Positions 61,251-64,000 of a stretch of 64,000 nt of DNA are shown here, one piece after another. Each line of letters starts with the position of its first letter. Position 1 is the stretch's first letter. Origin of the DNA: an uncultured Alphaproteobacteria bacterium (GTDB taxonomy: Bacteria > Pseudomonadota > Alphaproteobacteria > MPNO01 > DASWLB01). The DNA is taken from assembly GCA_963817535.1 (NCBI GenBank), contig CAWFOW010000011.1, forward strand, positions 160,398-224,397. Reading direction: 5' to 3'. Below the pieces are notes generated by a model. It saw only the letters and a list, made by a program, of their open reading frames with translations, made no database searches and was not told the origin of the DNA. Both the position numbers and the translations under genes were made by a program.

Positions 61251-62996
61251 GTGAAGATTCTCGGTATCACCGGCTATTTCCACGATTCCTCGGCCTGCCT
61301 GCTGGTCGATGGCGATGTCGCTGGCTATGCGGAGGAGGAGCGCTTCAACCGCGAGAAGCACACCAGCGCCTATCCCGCCGAATCGATCGACTGGCTGCTC
61401 GCCGAAAACGGGATCGGGCTCGACGACGTCGACGAGGTCGTCTACTACCTCCGCCCCGTCAACTATCTGCGGACCGGCGTCGGCGCGGTGCTCGCGAACT
61501 TCCCGCGCTCGCTCGCCCTCGCCCGGCGCGGCGCGGCGACCCGCTCGCCGTTCGAGCGGCTGGCGCGCATGCGCACGATGAAGCGCGACCTCGTGCGCGT
61601 CCATGGCGGGCGCGGCCGGTTCGACATGGTCTTCGTCGACCATTACCGCACGCACCAGGCGAGCGCGTTCTTTGCGACCCCGTTCGACGAGGCGGCCGTC
61701 GTCACCATGGATTTCGCGGTCGACGGCACGACCGAGGTGATCGCACATGGGCGCGGCACGCGCATCGACGACAAGGTCAAGCATCGCGTGCCCAACGGCT
61801 TCGCCATGATCTACGCCACGCTGACCCACCTGCTCGGTTTCAAGTGGTACGACGAGTACAAGGTCATGGGCATGGCTGCCTACGGCAAGCCCCGCTACCT
61901 CGACCGGGTGGAGAAGCTCTACCGGCTCGATCCCGAGACCGGGACCCTCGCGCTCGACTTCAGCTATTTCGAGTTCCAGACCCACGGCATGTCGCGCCTG
62001 TTCACGCAGAAGATGGAGGCGCTGTTCTGGCCGCCGCGCCGGCCGGACGAACCCATCGGCGAGCGCGAATACGATCTCGCCGCCTCGCTGCAGGAGGCGA
62101 CGAACCGTTACGGCCTCGCCATGGCGCGGCTTGCGAAACGCCTCACCGGCGCGCGCAAGCTGTGCCTTGCCGGCGGCGTCGCGCAGAACTGCCTGATGAA
62201 TCAGGCCATCTGCGAATCCGACGTGTTCGACGAGGTGTTTCTTCAGCCGCTGGCGGGCGATGTCGGCGGCTCGATCGGCGGCGCGCTGTGGCGCTACCAC
62301 GCGGTGCACGGCCGCCCGCGCCATTACGTGATGAAGCACCTCTATCTCGGCCCCTCCTACGCGGGCGCGTCCGCGCGTGCGGCCGAGGCGGCGGGGCTGA
62401 AGGCACGCCCCAGCGCGGACTGGCACGCCGACGTGGCGCGCGCCATCGCCGACGGGCTGGTGGTCGGGCTGTTCGACGGGCGCATGGAGGCCGGGCCGCG
62501 CGCGCTGGGCGCGCGCTCGATCCTCGCCGACGCGAGGCGTGCCGACATGAAGGAGATATTGAATTCGCGGGTGAAGCACCGCGAGCATTTCCGCCCCTTC
62601 GCGCCATCGGTGCTGGCCGAGCAGGTGGACATGGTCTTCGAGAAGCTGCCGCGCTGCCGCTCGCTCGACTACATGATCGTGACGATGACCGTCCGTCCGG
62701 AGTGGCGCGACAGGGTGCCGACCATCAGCCACGCCGACGCGACGGCGCGCGTGCAGACCGTCCGTCGGGAGGTCGCGCCCGACTACCATCGCATCATCGA
62801 GAAGTTCTTCGAGCTGACGGGCGTGCCGCTGGTGGTGAACACGTCGTTCAACGATAACGAGCCGATTGTCTGCCGGCCCGAGCACGCCGTCGCCTGCTTC
62901 CAGCGCACCAAGATCGACCTGCTGGTGCTCGACGGACACCTGTTTTACCGCACCGACAATGTGGGCGCGGTGCGCGAGGAAGTGGAGGCGGTATGA
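61251..62996 (+). CDS. Carbamoyltransferase (NodU/CmcH/NovN family)
   Basis: GTG start. N-terminus KILGITGYFHDSSACLLVDGDVAGYAEEERFNREKH. 581 aa, with the C-terminal block …PLVVNTSFNDNEPIV… typical of the family. Confidence 0.9.
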   Translation: MKILGITGYFHDSSACLLVDGDVAGYAEEERFNREKHTSAYPAESIDWLLAENGIGLDDVDEVVYYLRPVNYLRTGVGAVLANFPRSLALARRGAATRSPFERLARMRTMKRDLVRVHGGRGRFDMVFVDHYRTHQASAFFATPFDEAAVVTMDFAVDGTTEVIAHGRGTRIDDKVKHRVPNGFAMIYATLTHLLGFKWYDEYKVMGMAAYGKPRYLDRVEKLYRLDPETGTLALDFSYFEFQTHGMSRLFTQKMEALFWPPRRPDEPIGEREYDLAASLQEATNRYGLAMARLAKRLTGARKLCLAGGVAQNCLMNQAICESDVFDEVFLQPLAGDVGGSIGGALWRYHAVHGRPRHYVMKHLYLGPSYAGASARAAEAAGLKARPSADWHADVARAIADGLVVGLFDGRMEAGPRALGARSILADARRADMKEILNSRVKHREHFRPFAPSVLAEQVDMVFEKLPRCRSLDYMIVTMTVRPEWRDRVPTISHADATARVQTVRREVAPDYHRIIEKFFELTGVPLVVNTSFNDNEPIVCRPEHAVACFQRTKIDLLVLDGHLFYRTDNVGAVREEVEAV

Positions 62997-63030
62997 CCCG
63001 AAAAGCCCCCCATGCTTCCCTGGCTGTTCG

Positions 63031-63789
63031 ATGCCCGTGAATTTATCGTTCACCGATGCTAAATCGACGGGTTCGTTCTACAGTTCGATTCATCGCAACA
63101 TCGCCGCCCAGGGGGCGACCACGAGGCTGCCGCCCACGGCGGCCGAGTTCGCGGCGTGGCTCGGCCGGGAATTTTCGGATGTGTCGCAGCTTTCGGCCTT
63201 GGACGGTGGGTGCGGCGTTCACGCCTTGAATGCCCGCGCCTGCAGGTCGCGGGGTTTTGCTGAAGTGTGGGCAATTGACGTCAATCCCGACGCCGTGGCC
63301 GCGGGGCGGGACATTGGTGTCATGGCGGGGTCGGTTCTTGATCTCCCGTTTCCCTCGGACCGCTTCGATCTCGTGATTTGCTCGGGGGTCGCGCACCACA
63401 CGCCGGACCCGGGGCGCGCGCTGAGCGAGCTTGCACGCGTCCTGAAGCCCGGCGGGTGTGCCTATTTCGCCGTCTACACGTTCCGGCGCAGCGCATTCGA
63501 ATATCTGGTGCGAGGCCTGCGCTTTTTTGGGCAAGCGTTTCCGTATCGCTGGGCGCAGGCGCTTTTCGGTCGGGTCCCGATCCTCAACAATTTCGTGCTG
63601 GATCATATGTACGTCCCGATCCTGTGGGTGTTCCGGGCGCCCGAGGTGCGTGCGCTTGTGGAAGCGTCGGGACTGGCGGTCGAGACGGATTTCCCCACCC
63701 GATTCGATATTTTCGCGCCGCACCGACTCGGGAGGTGGCTCGTTGCCGACGGGCTGCTTCGGGTGTTCGTCTGCCGAAAGCCCCGATGA
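63031..63789 (+). CDS. Class I SAM-dependent methyltransferase
   Basis: ORF 62866-63789 trimmed to ATG 63031. SAM-binding motif ALDGGCGVHA, with …FDLVICSGVAHHTPDP… and …LKPGGCAYFAVY…. G+C is visibly lower than in the rest of the window. Confidence 0.8.
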   Translation: MPVNLSFTDAKSTGSFYSSIHRNIAAQGATTRLPPTAAEFAAWLGREFSDVSQLSALDGGCGVHALNARACRSRGFAEVWAIDVNPDAVAAGRDIGVMAGSVLDLPFPSDRFDLVICSGVAHHTPDPGRALSELARVLKPGGCAYFAVYTFRRSAFEYLVRGLRFFGQAFPYRWAQALFGRVPILNNFVLDHMYVPILWVFRAPEVRALVEASGLAVETDFPTRFDIFAPHRLGRWLVADGLLRVFVCRKPR

Positions 63790-64000
63790 CTGTGACCTCT
63801 CTCGGCCTCGGATGCCTCACCGGAATTCTCCTTTCTCTTGGGCAGTTCTTCATGCGCCGGACTGCGATCACAATCATCTGGGATGGCGGTCTCGCCCCCT
63901 TGTTTCTTTCCCTGGCTCGAAACCCGAACTTGTATATCTTTATTGGCGTCAATTTGTGCGCTACCGCGACCTATTTGGTTCTCCTGCGAAGCACGCCGAC
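63786..64000 (+). CDS. Small EamA/ArnE-like membrane protein, N-terminal fragment (runs off the window)
   Basis: Absent from the ORF track because there is no stop in the window. ATG 63786 overlaps the upstream stop (ATGA). It reads MTVTSLGLGCLTGILLSLGQFFMRRTAITIIWDGGLAPLFLSLARNPNLYIFIGVNLCATATYLVLLRSTP, which contains two or more TM helices. G+C is low. Confidence 0.55.
   Translation, partial: MTVTSLGLGCLTGILLSLGQFFMRRTAITIIWDGGLAPLFLSLARNPNLYIFIGVNLCATATYLVLLRSTP

Overview
This is a high-GC, alphaproteobacterium-like chromosomal segment. Hand-counted 60-nt samples give 67% G+C at 30.0 kb and 73% at 45.0 kb. It is densely coding, with about 55 genes. I recognised no rRNA, tRNA, CRISPR array, transposase or integrase.

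The window falls into five blocks:
1. 0-13.7 kb: aromatic and phenylpropanoid catabolism. It holds a TRAP transporter, Rieske dioxygenase alpha and beta subunits plus an LLM monooxygenase, an LpxR-like deacylase, a BNR propeller protein, and two tandem acyl-CoA dehydrogenases divergent from a hydroxycinnamoyl-CoA hydratase-lyase and an FAD aromatic hydroxylase.
2. 13.7-41.9 kb: a Wzx/Wzy-type exopolysaccharide (EPS) locus. It holds DUF1127 and Crp genes, an outer-membrane barrel, an OPX exporter, a BY-kinase, a priming transferase, six GT-B glycosyltransferases, Wzy, a Tat-exported beta-helix protein, a pyruvyl transferase, gmd/fcl, a TylF-like methyltransferase, a QueC-like PP-loop protein and Wzx. 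The opgD/opgH pair sits inside it.
3. 42.1-51.0 kb: a co-directional oxidative operon (OCD-family enzyme, orphan TRAP binding protein, SnoaL-like protein, 2OG oxygenase, LLM monooxygenase, an alpha/beta-hydrolase lacking its nucleophile Ser, flavin reductase), followed by GlcG, PPOX and MetE-like genes.
4. 51.2-53.8 kb: a Cdc48/p97-like double-AAA+ ATPase with a His-rich N-terminal tail and a natural Walker-B DQ in the second ATPase domain (D2), plus an unrecognised 140-aa neighbour.
5. 54.0-64.0 kb: a second glycan locus. It holds an exosortase-A-type acyl-CoA ligase, a CelD-like GNAT, a PEP-CTERM-type export lipoprotein, a GT-C-like membrane transferase with a large extra domain, a frameshifted methyltransferase, a NodU-type carbamoyltransferase, a second methyltransferase and a low-GC EamA/ArnE-like fragment.

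The candidates I consider most novel are the QueC-like protein in the EPS locus, the Cdc48-like ATPase, and the GT-C / carbamoyl / methyl module.

Most very long ORFs in the six-frame track are antisense or out-of-frame artefacts of high GC, and I trimmed or rejected them. All functional calls rest on motif and family recognition by eye. No database search was run.
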